A stretch of 64,000 nucleotides of DNA from an uncultured virus (IMG/VR IMGVR_UViG_3300032560_000010) (IMGVR_UViG_3300032560_000010:1-64000), one strand, 5' to 3'. Counted from the stretch's first letter, positions 1-8,068 are shown. Notes: generated from the letters alone by a model not told the origin. Translations and numbers: made by a program.

Positions 1-226
1 GTTCGATAGGATTTCTCTTATTTAGAGAGACTTTTCCTTTATTCCAAGCTTGACCAGTCATATGAGACAAATCAATTTGAAATTTCGAACACACACGCTT
101 TAAATGACTTATGTTGCCTCCGACAGACCTCTTGTCACATTTCCTCAAAACTTCAGATAAAGACATCGAATCTGCTACTATTAAAGCTAATTCATCTTTT
201 TTATAATTATTATATTTTTTATTCAT
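1..226 (-). CDS. HNH-type homing endonuclease, N-terminal part (runs off window start)
   Basis: Hand translation MNKKYNNYKKDELALIVADSMSLSEVLRKCDKRSVGGNISHLKRVCSKFQIDLSHMTGQAWNKGK resembles a common phage HNH N-terminus. GGAG RBS and TATAAATA late promoter (251-258) upstream. Not in the ORF track. Confidence 0.65.
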   Translation of the reverse strand, partial: MNKKYNNYKKDELALIVADSMSLSEVLRKCDKRSVGGNISHLKRVCSKFQIDLSHMTGQAWNKGKVSLNKRNPIE

Positions 227-280
227 TGATTACTCCATTAGTAGAGTAACTATTTATATAATATTGTATATTTACTAATC

Positions 281-354
281 TAAAATGATTGATGTTTTCT
301 TGCTACGCCCTTCTAGCTTAGAAAAAGTTTATCAGGCTAACATCAATCATTTTA
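281..354. repeat. 16-bp perfect inverted repeat enclosing an internal bubble and hairpin (structured RNA or MITE-like)
   Basis: taaaatgattgatgtt (281-296) / aacatcaatcatttta (339-354), with aatc on both flanks. Confidence 0.7.
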
Positions 355-608
355 AATCTGGTTCCAATATATAGTCACCAGCAACCTTTAAAACACACTT
401 TAAAACACAAAAATAATTACAATATCCAATAAATTAATAAAAATATTAAGTTAGGGCATAATAACTTCTCCTATTTATAAAAGAATTCGTATTAAGATTT
501 AGCTAGAATATATTATATTGCATTTATTGTCAAGAGAAAATTTCAGTGTACAGAAACTTTCAAACTCTATCTCGGAGCGACCGAACATTCTCCCCCTAGG
601 GAGCTTAC

Positions 609-684
609 TGGTGGACCATCTCGGGTTCGAACCGAGGACATACGGATTAAAAGTCCGCCACTCTACCTACTGAGTTAATGGTCC
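609..684 (-). tRNA. tRNA-Lys(TTT)
   Basis: Acceptor GGACCAT/ATGGTCC-A-CCA; anticodon arm GCGGA CTTTTAA TCCGT; TTCGAA T-loop. Confidence 0.95.
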
Positions 685-715
685 AATTAACTGTTCAAAC
701 GGCTGTAGACAAAAC

Positions 716-964
716 TTAATTTGTCTTAACTTGTCTTAAATATTCCAACACTTCTTCTTCAGTATCATATACTTTGATATGTGTCAAAGGATTTCTTAGT
801 GCTACATGAATTTTAGACCCAAATTTACGGATTATTCCATATCCTTCAAATCTTCCTTCACCAGCTTGTCTATTATTCCAACGAGTCCTATACCTATAGG
901 GAAAAGGTTCGCTATTATAGTCTACATTCAATATTTCTGCACATTTTTGATAAAAACTTTTCAT
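716..964 (-). CDS. hypothetical protein
   Basis: ORF downstream of a TTGACA (994-999) promoter. Confidence 0.7.
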   Translation of the reverse strand: MKSFYQKCAEILNVDYNSEPFPYRYRTRWNNRQAGEGRFEGYGIIRKFGSKIHVALRNPLTHIKVYDTEEEVLEYLRQVKTN

Positions 965-995
965 ACCAATTATATAGTATAGTTTTTATATTATG

Positions 996-1199
996 TCAAG
1001 ATAAAAGTTCAATTTCATCTTCATTACAAGGACATGTAACATGATCAAAAAAAACGTTTTTATCATCAAATAGTACATCATATGGCCAACGAGTTGTGTT
1101 AACTATACCTACAATAGTCCCAGCTCTTGTTGTTGCTCCTTCGAAATTGTAGGAACATTTTTTGGTGGCTATGATTTTATCTCCTACTTTAAATTTCAC
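996..1199 (-). CDS. hypothetical protein (KFKVGD SH3-like)
   Basis: MKFKVGDK start typical of small phage SH3-like proteins. Confidence 0.7.
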   Translation of the reverse strand: MKFKVGDKIIATKKCSYNFEGATTRAGTIVGIVNTTRWPYDVLFDDKNVFFDHVTCPCNEDEIELLS

Positions 1200-1201
1200 G
1201 A

Positions 1202-1906
1202 TTACGCTGCCTTTTTGAAGAGGAAAAAGCTTTCGTGCTGTGGATAATTATCCACAAATTTACGAGCATAATATGAAATATGGTTATTGCTAATCTTGAA
1301 ATCTGGGATATCCCAACGAATTCGTTCAACAATGGTCTTAGGTGAAATAGTTGTGTGACCACGATTCATCGCACGAAATGCATACGACTTAAAGAGAGTA
1401 TACACATATGGATTCTCAGTGTCAAACTTTGTAAAGCTTTCAACCAAAGAATTATCTTTAGTGGCATTCGCTGGCTCTTGTGCTGTAGGTGTTTCTACAG
1501 GTGACGATACAGCTTCAACCAATACAAGATCATTCTCATCAAAAGCTCCACGCCCCTTAAAGGAGTCAACACAAGTATAGGCATACTTATCGCCTGCCCA
1601 TACCTTGTATACTGTCATATTCTTCCAAATGGGATACTTAATAGAACTGACCTTATCACCAACCTGAAACTTAGTTGGGGTTACCTTTGGTTCTTCGATT
1701 TTCTGAGGAACGAGAAAGATTTCATCTAGTGCAAACAGAGTTGCACTATAACTTGAATGAGTTCCTACCAACTTTGCTCGAATTGGATATGGTCGGCCAT
1801 TTAGAACTTCCATAACTTCCAAATCTTTGTCAGCCAAATCAGAAAATGGATATTTACCATTTTGCTTCGTCTGACGCACAATATCACCAATCTTATAATA
1901 AACCAT
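1202..1906 (-). CDS. hypothetical protein with two (Y/F)xxGD SH3-like repeats and a C-terminal helical domain
   Basis: YKIGDIV and KFQVGDKV repeats; GGAG RBS; perfect promoter upstream. Confidence 0.75.
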   Translation of the reverse strand: MVYYKIGDIVRQTKQNGKYPFSDLADKDLEVMEVLNGRPYPIRAKLVGTHSSYSATLFALDEIFLVPQKIEEPKVTPTKFQVGDKVSSIKYPIWKNMTVYKVWAGDKYAYTCVDSFKGRGAFDENDLVLVEAVSSPVETPTAQEPANATKDNSLVESFTKFDTENPYVYTLFKSYAFRAMNRGHTTISPKTIVERIRWDIPDFKISNNHISYYARKFVDNYPQHESFFLFKKAA

Positions 1907-1934
1907 AATATATTCTCCGTTTCAATATGAGGGC

Positions 1935-1963
1935 ATTATACCCTGTTTAATAACTCTTGTCAA
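1935..1963 (-). promoter_or_regulatory. sigma70-type early promoter
   Basis: TTGACA-17 bp-TATAAT, perfect consensus. Confidence 0.85.
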
Positions 1964-1972
1964 CTCTTTTTT

Positions 1973-2044
1973 TGGTGGCTGGTAGTGGATTCGAACCACT
2001 CTGAGAGGCTTATGAAACCTCTTTAATCACCAGATCGACCAGCC
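1973..2044 (-). tRNA. tRNA-Met(CAT) (or Ile2), short D-arm
   Basis: GGCTGGT/ACCAGCC-A-CCA; GAGGT TTCATAA GCCTC; AGTGG TTCGAAT CCACT. Confidence 0.8.
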
Positions 2045-2265
2045 ATTGTGTTTTTAATCTTAGATTGTTCTATAACCAAATCAAGTTTATTTCGAAGGTT
2101 AATTGCATCAATTATTACCTGAAAATCCCCTCCTGCTATAGGTTTATTATTTTCAATTATATCATATGCATCTTTTTGATAATCCATAAGAGATATCTGT
2201 AGTTGTGTCATAAGTTTAGTAATAACTCGACCATCAACCCATGTTACGGTATTAGTCCTTTTCAT
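2023..2265 (-). CDS. hypothetical protein; stop codon inside tRNA-Met
   Basis: AAAGG RBS; last 22 nt overlap the tRNA 5' end. Confidence 0.65.
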   Translation of the reverse strand: MKRTNTVTWVDGRVITKLMTQLQISLMDYQKDAYDIIENNKPIAGGDFQVIIDAINLRNKLDLVIEQSKIKNTMAGRSGD

Positions 2266-2281
2266 AATATAAAACCTTTAA

Positions 2282-2303
2282 TGGTGCCGATGGTTAGATT
2301 CGA
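2282..2303 (-). pseudogene. tRNA 3'-end fragment (T-loop, T-stem 3' strand, acceptor 3' strand, CCA)
   Basis: TTCGAATCTAACCATCGGCACCA-like sequence with no matching 5' half nearby. Confidence 0.7.
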
Positions 2304-2319
2304 AACACATATATAGTTG

Positions 2320-2393
2320 CGGTGCCCCCAGAAGGAATCGAACCCTCGTGTCCAACTTACAAGATTGGCAGTCTACCATTGACTTATAGGGGC
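2320..2393 (-). tRNA. tRNA-Thr(TGT), ends ACCG instead of ACCA
   Basis: GCCCCTA/TGGGGGC; CCAAT CTTGTAA GTTGG. Confidence 0.9.
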
Positions 2394-2434
2394 ATTATGA
2401 CTATAATGAGATATAAATTATATTAGGAGTATAT

Positions 2435-3094
2435 ATGTATACAAATAAATGCATAACATGTCAAGAAAATTTTACCGTAAATAGAGACTCTAGGAAAAGA
2501 AAGTATTGCAATTCATGCAAAGAAAAACAACCCAAACCCTCTACTTCTAAGACCTGTAAAAATTGTCAGAAAAATTTTGCAACCCCGACATATCATCAAA
2601 GGGTAAAAATATTCTGCTCGCATTCTTGTTCTGCTGAATTTAATAATAAATTAAGATCAAAGAATATGGTACAAAAATTAAAGACAAATATTGTTAAGAA
2701 AAACATTGAGCCACAATTTTGTATTTTATGTAATACTAAAGTAAAGTTTAAAAAATCGAAATATTGTTCTAAAAATTGTGAACTGACACATAAAAAGAAA
2801 ATAAAACTAGACAAATTTGAAAAAGGTGAATTATCTTCCAAATTGGCTAAAGATATTCTCTTAGAGAATCACGGTAACATATGCTTGAATACAACTTGCG
2901 CATGGGATTTCACAAAGAAATTTGTCAGTGTTGAACTTGAACATATAGATGGTAACTCAGAAAATAATTTACCAGAAAATTTGACCTTACTATGCCCAAA
3001 CTGCCATTCTTTAACGTCAACTTATAAAGCTAAAAATAAAGGAAATGGTAGATCTGTCAGAATGGAAAGATATTATTCTGGTAAAAGTTATTGA
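2435..3094 (+). CDS. HNH homing endonuclease with N-terminal Cys zinc-finger repeats
   Basis: ELEHIDGNSENNLPENLTLLCPNCHS HNH motif; multiple CxxC; inserted in reverse within the tRNA cluster. Confidence 0.9.
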   Translation: MYTNKCITCQENFTVNRDSRKRKYCNSCKEKQPKPSTSKTCKNCQKNFATPTYHQRVKIFCSHSCSAEFNNKLRSKNMVQKLKTNIVKKNIEPQFCILCNTKVKFKKSKYCSKNCELTHKKKIKLDKFEKGELSSKLAKDILLENHGNICLNTTCAWDFTKKFVSVELEHIDGNSENNLPENLTLLCPNCHSLTSTYKAKNKGNGRSVRMERYYSGKSY

Positions 3095-3099
3095 AAGGT

Positions 3100-3186
3100 T
3101 GGTACGGGCGACAGGACTCGAACCTGCATGAGTAAAACTCGGGAAATTTTAAGTCTCCGGTGTCTACCAAATTCCACCACGCCCGC
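3100..3186 (-). tRNA. tRNA-Leu(TAA)
   Basis: GCGGGCG/CGCCCGT-A-CCA; GGAGA CTTAAAA TTTCC; V-arm. Confidence 0.95.
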
Positions 3187-3196
3187 AAAATAATGT

Positions 3197-3361
3197 TTAA
3201 TTAAAAGGATGAAAAAATGTTTTTTCTTTCCCGCAATGAGAACATTTATAATCCATAAACGTTCCATGGTTATTTGAATTATCTTCAATATTTTCTGATA
3301 CAGTTGTATTATTATACAACCAATCATGAAAACCCAATTTACATAGAATATTCTTAATCAT
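3197..3361 (-). CDS. small Zn-binding protein (DUF1660-like), 54 aa
   Basis: Hand translation MIKNILCKLGFHDW...YKCSHCGKEK; AAAGG RBS. Confidence 0.65.
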   Translation of the reverse strand: MIKNILCKLGFHDWLYNNTTVSENIEDNSNNHGTFMDYKCSHCGKEKTFFHPFN

Positions 3362-3379
3362 AATATAAAACCTTTTAAC

Positions 3380-3464
3380 TGGTGCCCTGAGTGAGACTTG
3401 AACTCACATTCCCGAAGGATCCAAATTTTGAATCTGGTGCGTCTACCAATTCCACCATCAGGGC
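3380..3464 (-). tRNA. tRNA-Leu(CAA)
   Basis: GCCCTGA/TCAGGGC-A-CCA; CCAGA TTCAAAA TTTGG; V-arm. Confidence 0.95.
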
Positions 3465-3536
3465 ATTCAACTTATATAGGACAGTTTTTATAATGTGTCA
3501 ATCATTATTTTATATAAGTGGTTAATCCACATATAA

Positions 3537-3580
3537 AAATCCCTATCAAATACCGTGGTAGATATATCTGATAGGGATTT
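3537..3580 (-). terminator. stem-loop downstream of the GP88-like gene (probable terminator)
   Basis: aaatccctatca...tgatagggattt 12-bp inverted repeat. Confidence 0.5.
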
Positions 3581-3598
3581 AAAAGTCAATACTAATTT

Positions 3599-4816
3599 TT
3601 AGTGATTGATGCGAATAATTCCATCATGATCTACTTTATTTGCAAAATGTCCTGCGGCTTCGTTTTTAACGCCTTTTAAGCGTAAACCAGATACAACACC
3701 ATGTCCAGCTTTACCGAGCGTTCTACCAGCTTGTGCGTGACGATCAAAGGTATTATCATCATGATCCCCGTTTACGATAGGGTATCTACGGCCAGATTTC
3801 ACATCTTCAACATGAGTAGGATTTGGAACATCCTTACCCCTGTGATAAACCATAGCCACTGTATGTCCACCTTCCAATTTCTTAACTGATTCATGATCGT
3901 TTGATTCAGCATGTCCTGTCCCTGTATGCGAAAGTGTAAGATGATAATTTTCAGGCGTTTTAGGATGGCCGACACGGTTAGGAATTTTTGTGTAATCATA
4001 AAATTGGGCACCCGGATGACGCTTAAAAAGTTGCGGAGCATGATGTTCCCATGAAATATCCGAAGTAACATTCATACGAACTCCCGGTTTATATCCCTTC
4101 TTTGTTGCTGCCTTAACGTGATTACCAATTTCATGATCAATTAATCGTCCAGCATGTTCAGGATGCATTGCCAAATAATGTGTTCTCAAAACTTTGGCCG
4201 ATAATGCTGCGTCTGGATATTGTTTATTTCCACCAGCTTCTGTACCCAAGCAATTTGCACGGCATTCTTTAGAAGCACGAGGGCAAACATCAAACTTATG
4301 AAGACCATTAGTTGCGTGTGGTGCTAAAGAAAGTCCTTTTGTATGAACCATCTCACCTGTGGATTTCTTAGTCTTACCATTTTCACCTAGCATAGATGGA
4401 CCAGTTTTATATCCACGACTTTGGGCAAAAGAATTCCAATGAGCCTTTGATTCTTTAAGTTTTGCACTAGATTGTGAAGGAGATTCGTGTTCCATCGATT
4501 CAAACGTATGACGAAGTTTTTGCCCCATTGTCTTATGTACATTTGCCCCATCAGGAAGCTCAGAATTGCCCTGTTGAATAAGGGCACGAGTCTTAGGTAA
4601 ATTCATAGACTTATGAGCAAACTTTTCAACATCGACATCTTCAAAAATGCTGCCAAACATTTTATCATCCACGCCTTCATGCATAGATCCTGTGTGCATA
4701 GATGGATCGGAAGGACTACTTACATGGAATAAAAAGTCATGAAGACACTTATTGGTGATTAATGGATGTTCGCTGACAGCCATTGCTTCAGCCAAAAATG
4801 AGGTAAAAGTTTTCAT
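3599..4816 (-). CDS. Gene product 88 (GP88)-family protein with N-terminal head-packaging-like leader
   Basis: CPxASxxCxxxC, RMNVTSDISWE, QFYDYTK, NYHLTLS motifs; MKTFTSFLAE leader; CCTAAATA late promoter at 4852-4859. Confidence 0.7.
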   Translation of the reverse strand: MKTFTSFLAEAMAVSEHPLITNKCLHDFLFHVSSPSDPSMHTGSMHEGVDDKMFGSIFEDVDVEKFAHKSMNLPKTRALIQQGNSELPDGANVHKTMGQKLRHTFESMEHESPSQSSAKLKESKAHWNSFAQSRGYKTGPSMLGENGKTKKSTGEMVHTKGLSLAPHATNGLHKFDVCPRASKECRANCLGTEAGGNKQYPDAALSAKVLRTHYLAMHPEHAGRLIDHEIGNHVKAATKKGYKPGVRMNVTSDISWEHHAPQLFKRHPGAQFYDYTKIPNRVGHPKTPENYHLTLSHTGTGHAESNDHESVKKLEGGHTVAMVYHRGKDVPNPTHVEDVKSGRRYPIVNGDHDDNTFDRHAQAGRTLGKAGHGVVSGLRLKGVKNEAAGHFANKVDHDGIIRINH

Positions 4817-4864
4817 AGTTTAAAATATCCCTGTTGATGTTGTACTTATTCTATTTAGGGTTTA

Positions 4865-4955
4865 TGGTGCTTCCAAACGGTCCCGATCCGTAAACCTATT
4901 TCTAGGTTCCCTTTGTTTAGCAAACAAGGACAGCCACCCGACTGCTCTACCTTCC
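4865..4955 (-). tRNA. tRNA-Ser(GCT)-like, 8/4 type, with non-pairing acceptor stem (pseudo/chimeric)
   Basis: 6-bp D-stem GCAGTC/GGCTGT; TTGCTAA loop; V-arm AACCTA GAAA TAGGTT; T-stem ACGG/CCGT. 5' GGAAGGTA versus 3' TTGGAAGC-A-CCA do not pair. Confidence 0.65.
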
Positions 4956-5009
4956 ATTGACTTATATATCGGTCATTAAATGCCTTTATGCCTCATATAG
5001 CAGTCATTA

Positions 5010-5099
5010 TGGCGGAACCGGTGGGATTCGAACCCACGGACCCCGTAAAGGGTCGCCACCTTTCCAAGATGGTGCCTTAGACCGCTCGGCCACAGTTCC
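5010..5099 (-). tRNA. tRNA-Ser(GGA)
   Basis: Canonical class II cloverleaf; CCATC TTGGAAA GGTGG; G73-CCA. Confidence 0.95.
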
Positions 5100-5164
5100 A
5101 GTTATAACTTAAAATATTTACCGCACTTTAATCTGTAACTAATAGTTTGATTACTTACACTATT

Positions 5165-5217
5165 CTCCGAGAATTACTAATAGATTTACGTTATCTACTA
5201 TTTAGTAATTCTCGGAG
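5165..5217 (-). promoter_or_regulatory. RBS-sequestering hairpin containing a late promoter (orphan copy, ORF lost)
   Basis: 16-bp perfect stem; TAAATA at the 5' arm and GGAG in the 3' arm, followed by GTG TAA. Homologous to 13415-13468. Confidence 0.75.
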
Positions 5218-5224
5218 TTCTATG

Positions 5225-5311
5225 AGGAAGGCGGGTGGTGTCGATCCCCACACCCGTTAAGGTGCCACTAGTTTTCAAGACTAGGCTGTAGGCCGCTACA
5301 GTTCACCTTCC
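5225..5311 (-). tRNA. tRNA-Ser(TGA), 8/4-type, no encoded CCA
   Basis: GGAAGGTG/CGCCTTCC 8 bp; D-stem CTGTAG/CTACAG; CTAGT CTTGAAA ACTAG; T-stem GGGG/CC(A)CC. Confidence 0.85.
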
Positions 5312-5379
5312 ATATTCATTATATATGTATAATAGGCTTAACCCATGTTAATTTAATCCGCTTGATTGGAACCATTATT

Positions 5380-6000
5380 TTACATAGTTGGGCCATTACC
5401 ATTTTTAAACCCAATTTCTCCGCCTTGATCAATAATGGCCTGACATACATCATCAAACAGCATAGGTTTGAATTCCGTATGCTCGGCAGATACACAAAAA
5501 TATCTTGGATCTATTCCTTCTTTATAAAAGGTCTGATATCCAAAACTTCCACCGGGACCATCTAGTTCTTTGTATGGAACTTTCGTCATAACCCTGTTAG
5601 AATGAAGATGACCATGTATATTACATCCGAACCTTCCAAGAGACTCAGCATGAATTGGGATATGAGATAGAATCAACCCATTCATTACATGGTAACCACG
5701 AATATCATAAAAATACGGAGTATAATCAGTCAATTTAAAAATATCATGATTGCCCTTGATCAAAACCTTCTTTCCATTCAGTTTACCAAATGTAGACAGA
5801 TGTTTACGACCAATAACCGCATCTCCTAGTACATAAACTTTATCGTTATCTTGAACTGTATCATTCCACAGTTCAATCATAGCAATATCCATCTCTTCCG
5901 CCGAATTCCAAGGCCGAATGGGGTTACCATTTTTATCTGTAAAAACACACATATTGTTATGTCCAAAATGTGTATCAGCGATTAGAAATGTTCTACTCAT
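5380..6000 (-). CDS. calcineurin-like metallophosphoesterase
   Basis: DTHFGH, LGD, GNHD, HIP, HGHLH motifs. Confidence 0.9.
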   Translation of the reverse strand: MSRTFLIADTHFGHNNMCVFTDKNGNPIRPWNSAEEMDIAMIELWNDTVQDNDKVYVLGDAVIGRKHLSTFGKLNGKKVLIKGNHDIFKLTDYTPYFYDIRGYHVMNGLILSHIPIHAESLGRFGCNIHGHLHSNRVMTKVPYKELDGPGGSFGYQTFYKEGIDPRYFCVSAEHTEFKPMLFDDVCQAIIDQGGEIGFKNGNGPTM

Positions 6001-6009
6001 ATTTATTCC

Positions 6010-6171
6010 TTACAAATGATCCATTAAAATATCCGACCATTTTTCAATTATTTCATCTCTGATATCATCGTCAAGATCGTTCCATTCATCTCCGATACCT
6101 TTACGAGATTCCAAATCTTTAACAATGGCCTCTGCCGCTTCTCTATACGAAGCAATATCATTTGTCAACAT
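6010..6171 (-). CDS. small acidic hypothetical protein (53 aa)
   Basis: Hand translation MLTNDIASYREAAEAIVKDLESRKGIGDEW...; GAGGAG RBS. Confidence 0.65.
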   Translation of the reverse strand: MLTNDIASYREAAEAIVKDLESRKGIGDEWNDLDDDIRDEIIEKWSDILMDHL

Positions 6172-6181
6172 CCTTGACTCC

Positions 6182-6649
6182 TCAAACATAAGAAATTTTA
6201 GAAAAACCTTCTTCCATCATGGGATGTTGAAAATTCATCGCCATAGATTCCAAAACATGTTTTGGAATTGTCTTACCGAGACGAGAATCCAACCTACGCT
6301 GCCATTCTTCTTTATCTGGAACAGGAAATACAACAGCCTTAAAATTATATCCAAATGGTTTCAAAATATCGATAATTCTTTTCCGAGACTTCACCGAAAG
6401 ATTAGTACGATCAATGTAGATATCAGACCCAGCTTCAGCTAACTTAGCCAGACGATTAAACATGGTTTTCTCAGCAAACCCTATAAGATCTTTAAATGCT
6501 GCATCATATGTCATCATATAGGTATTAGCAATATCTTCAATAATTCGATCTGTAGAAACAACAAAGGTATTAAAATCTTTCTGTGCATCAACCCAAGTGG
6601 ATTTACCGGATCCGGGAACGCCGACTAAAAAAGTACATTTACGCATCAT
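6182..6649 (-). CDS. polynucleotide kinase-like P-loop kinase (AAA_33 / PseT kinase domain)
   Basis: GVPGSGKSTW, STD, DRTNL...R motifs. Confidence 0.85.
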   Translation of the reverse strand: MMRKCTFLVGVPGSGKSTWVDAQKDFNTFVVSTDRIIEDIANTYMMTYDAAFKDLIGFAEKTMFNRLAKLAEAGSDIYIDRTNLSVKSRKRIIDILKPFGYNFKAVVFPVPDKEEWQRRLDSRLGKTIPKHVLESMAMNFQHPMMEEGFSKISYV

Positions 6650-6824
6650 CAGATCCTTTCTTCTTAAAAGTATACTTCAATTTTGGAACAACAACCATTT
6701 GTTGAGTTTCATTATAATAAGGATTAACCGAAACTCCAACCAATTCCCAACCTTCTCGTTTATGCCATGCCAGAGTTTCAGGAGAAAGTCCAGTTTTAAC
6801 TGTCAAAATATTATAATTACTCAT
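6639..6824 (-). CDS. DUF4177-like small protein
   Basis: EGWELVGV...YTFKK. Confidence 0.55.
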   Translation of the reverse strand: MSNYNILTVKTGLSPETLAWHKREGWELVGVSVNPYYNETQQMVVVPKLKYTFKKKGSDDA

Positions 6825-7929
6825 AATCTCTTACGCCTTTAAATTTTCCAAATCTTGGTATACCATCAGGAGTATAATCCTGAAATACTACAGTACCCAT
6901 TTTACCTATAATTTGAGATTTGTCAACCAAAAGTTGTCGGCAATATTCGAGAGAACCTAATGGACCACTTCCAAATAATTTACCTTCTTTTGTCTGACAA
7001 ATTACATTCGCAGCTACTCCCTCACGATTACCATCTCCATCCACCACATCAATAATCAAAAATTCATCATCCTGAAATTCTTTCCATTTCATTAATGATG
7101 TCGAACGCTTAAATTCATATTTTTCATTGAGACGTACCATGCCACCTTCAAACTCAGATTGTAGATATTCCGAACATACATTACCGACATTTTCCAATGG
7201 ACAGTCGAGAATAGTATCTACGGCCACAATAGAAGGATGATTAATAACATATACGATTGCCTCATACGTAGAATATCTTTGTATAAATCCTACATCTATA
7301 GATGGCACATCATAAATCCAGTATTGAACCTTGGCAGCAGATTCGATAAGATCTTCCGCAGTTGGAGTTTTTTTCTTAATCAATGACATTATCTTATTAA
7401 AATTACGGCTATATTCATGGTTATAAAGTTCGCCGTCCAGAATAAGATCTGGGAATTGTTCAAATAATGGTGCCAACGCATCCGAAATATGGGGAACAGA
7501 TACAAATAATTCTTTATTACGAGAAAAACATCCATCTTTGGTGACGATACATCTGGCACCATCTAATTTTGGTTGGACTGATACTGAGGTAACTCCGGCT
7601 TCAATTAAAAACCGTAGACGATCTTTCCATTTTGTTGCCAACATAGGTTCAACACCTTGTCTGTTATCAACATCATTAATGTTTTCAAAATAGCCTTTTT
7701 TTATTTGTTTTTCATACATCGCTATTACTTCAAGTTCGGCCTGATCTTCTGGCGAAGTTTCGTTAGTTTTTCCTACATTTTTAGACTTACACCTAGTCCA
7801 ACTAGAAATAGTCTTCTTTCCATCTATTTGGCCAGAAATAGTATGGTAAGACCCCCCATCGATTTCTGCGTACCAAATTTGAATATTACCTTTGGTTGTT
7901 CTTTTATACAGATGAGGTTTCGTTTTCAT
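6817..7929 (-). CDS. ATP-dependent DNA ligase
   Basis: QPKLDGAR (motif I), LDGELY, EGGMVR, KWK, PRF; likely start MKTKPHL. Confidence 0.9.
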   Translation of the reverse strand: MKTKPHLYKRTTKGNIQIWYAEIDGGSYHTISGQIDGKKTISSWTRCKSKNVGKTNETSPEDQAELEVIAMYEKQIKKGYFENINDVDNRQGVEPMLATKWKDRLRFLIEAGVTSVSVQPKLDGARCIVTKDGCFSRNKELFVSVPHISDALAPLFEQFPDLILDGELYNHEYSRNFNKIMSLIKKKTPTAEDLIESAAKVQYWIYDVPSIDVGFIQRYSTYEAIVYVINHPSIVAVDTILDCPLENVGNVCSEYLQSEFEGGMVRLNEKYEFKRSTSLMKWKEFQDDEFLIIDVVDGDGNREGVAANVICQTKEGKLFGSGPLGSLEYCRQLLVDKSQIIGKMGTVVFQDYTPDGIPRFGKFKGVRDYE

Positions 7930-8068
7930 TAATAATTTCTTTCTTAAAAACATAATGTGTGTGATAATTTTTCACATATACTGAGACTAATTCCCATCCA
8001 TCCGCTCCATATCTATTCATTGTAGCTTCAGACATTTCAACAAAATTTAAATATTGAAATGTCTTCAC
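7904..8068 (-). CDS. DUF4177-like small protein (54 aa, GTG start)
   Basis: Hand translation ...MNRYGADGWELVSV...YVFKKE; similar to 6639-6824. Confidence 0.6.
   Translation of the reverse strand: MKTFQYLNFVEMSEATMNRYGADGWELVSVYVKNYHTHYVFKKEIINENETSSV

Noticed and set aside
540..608. Theta/HDV-like or hammerhead ribozyme after tRNA 3' ends (also 17326-17388 and 18210-18250)
   Set aside because: I could not find the HDV nested pseudoknot/L3 motif or a CUGANGA...GAAA core.
3088..3327. 79-aa ORF running through tRNA-Leu
   Set aside because: No RBS; the alternative-frame ORF 3197-3361 has an RBS and a recognisable motif.
5225..5311. tRNA-Sec or opal suppressor
   Set aside because: The anticodon is TGA (reads UCA, Ser), not TCA; only the scaffold is Sec-like.
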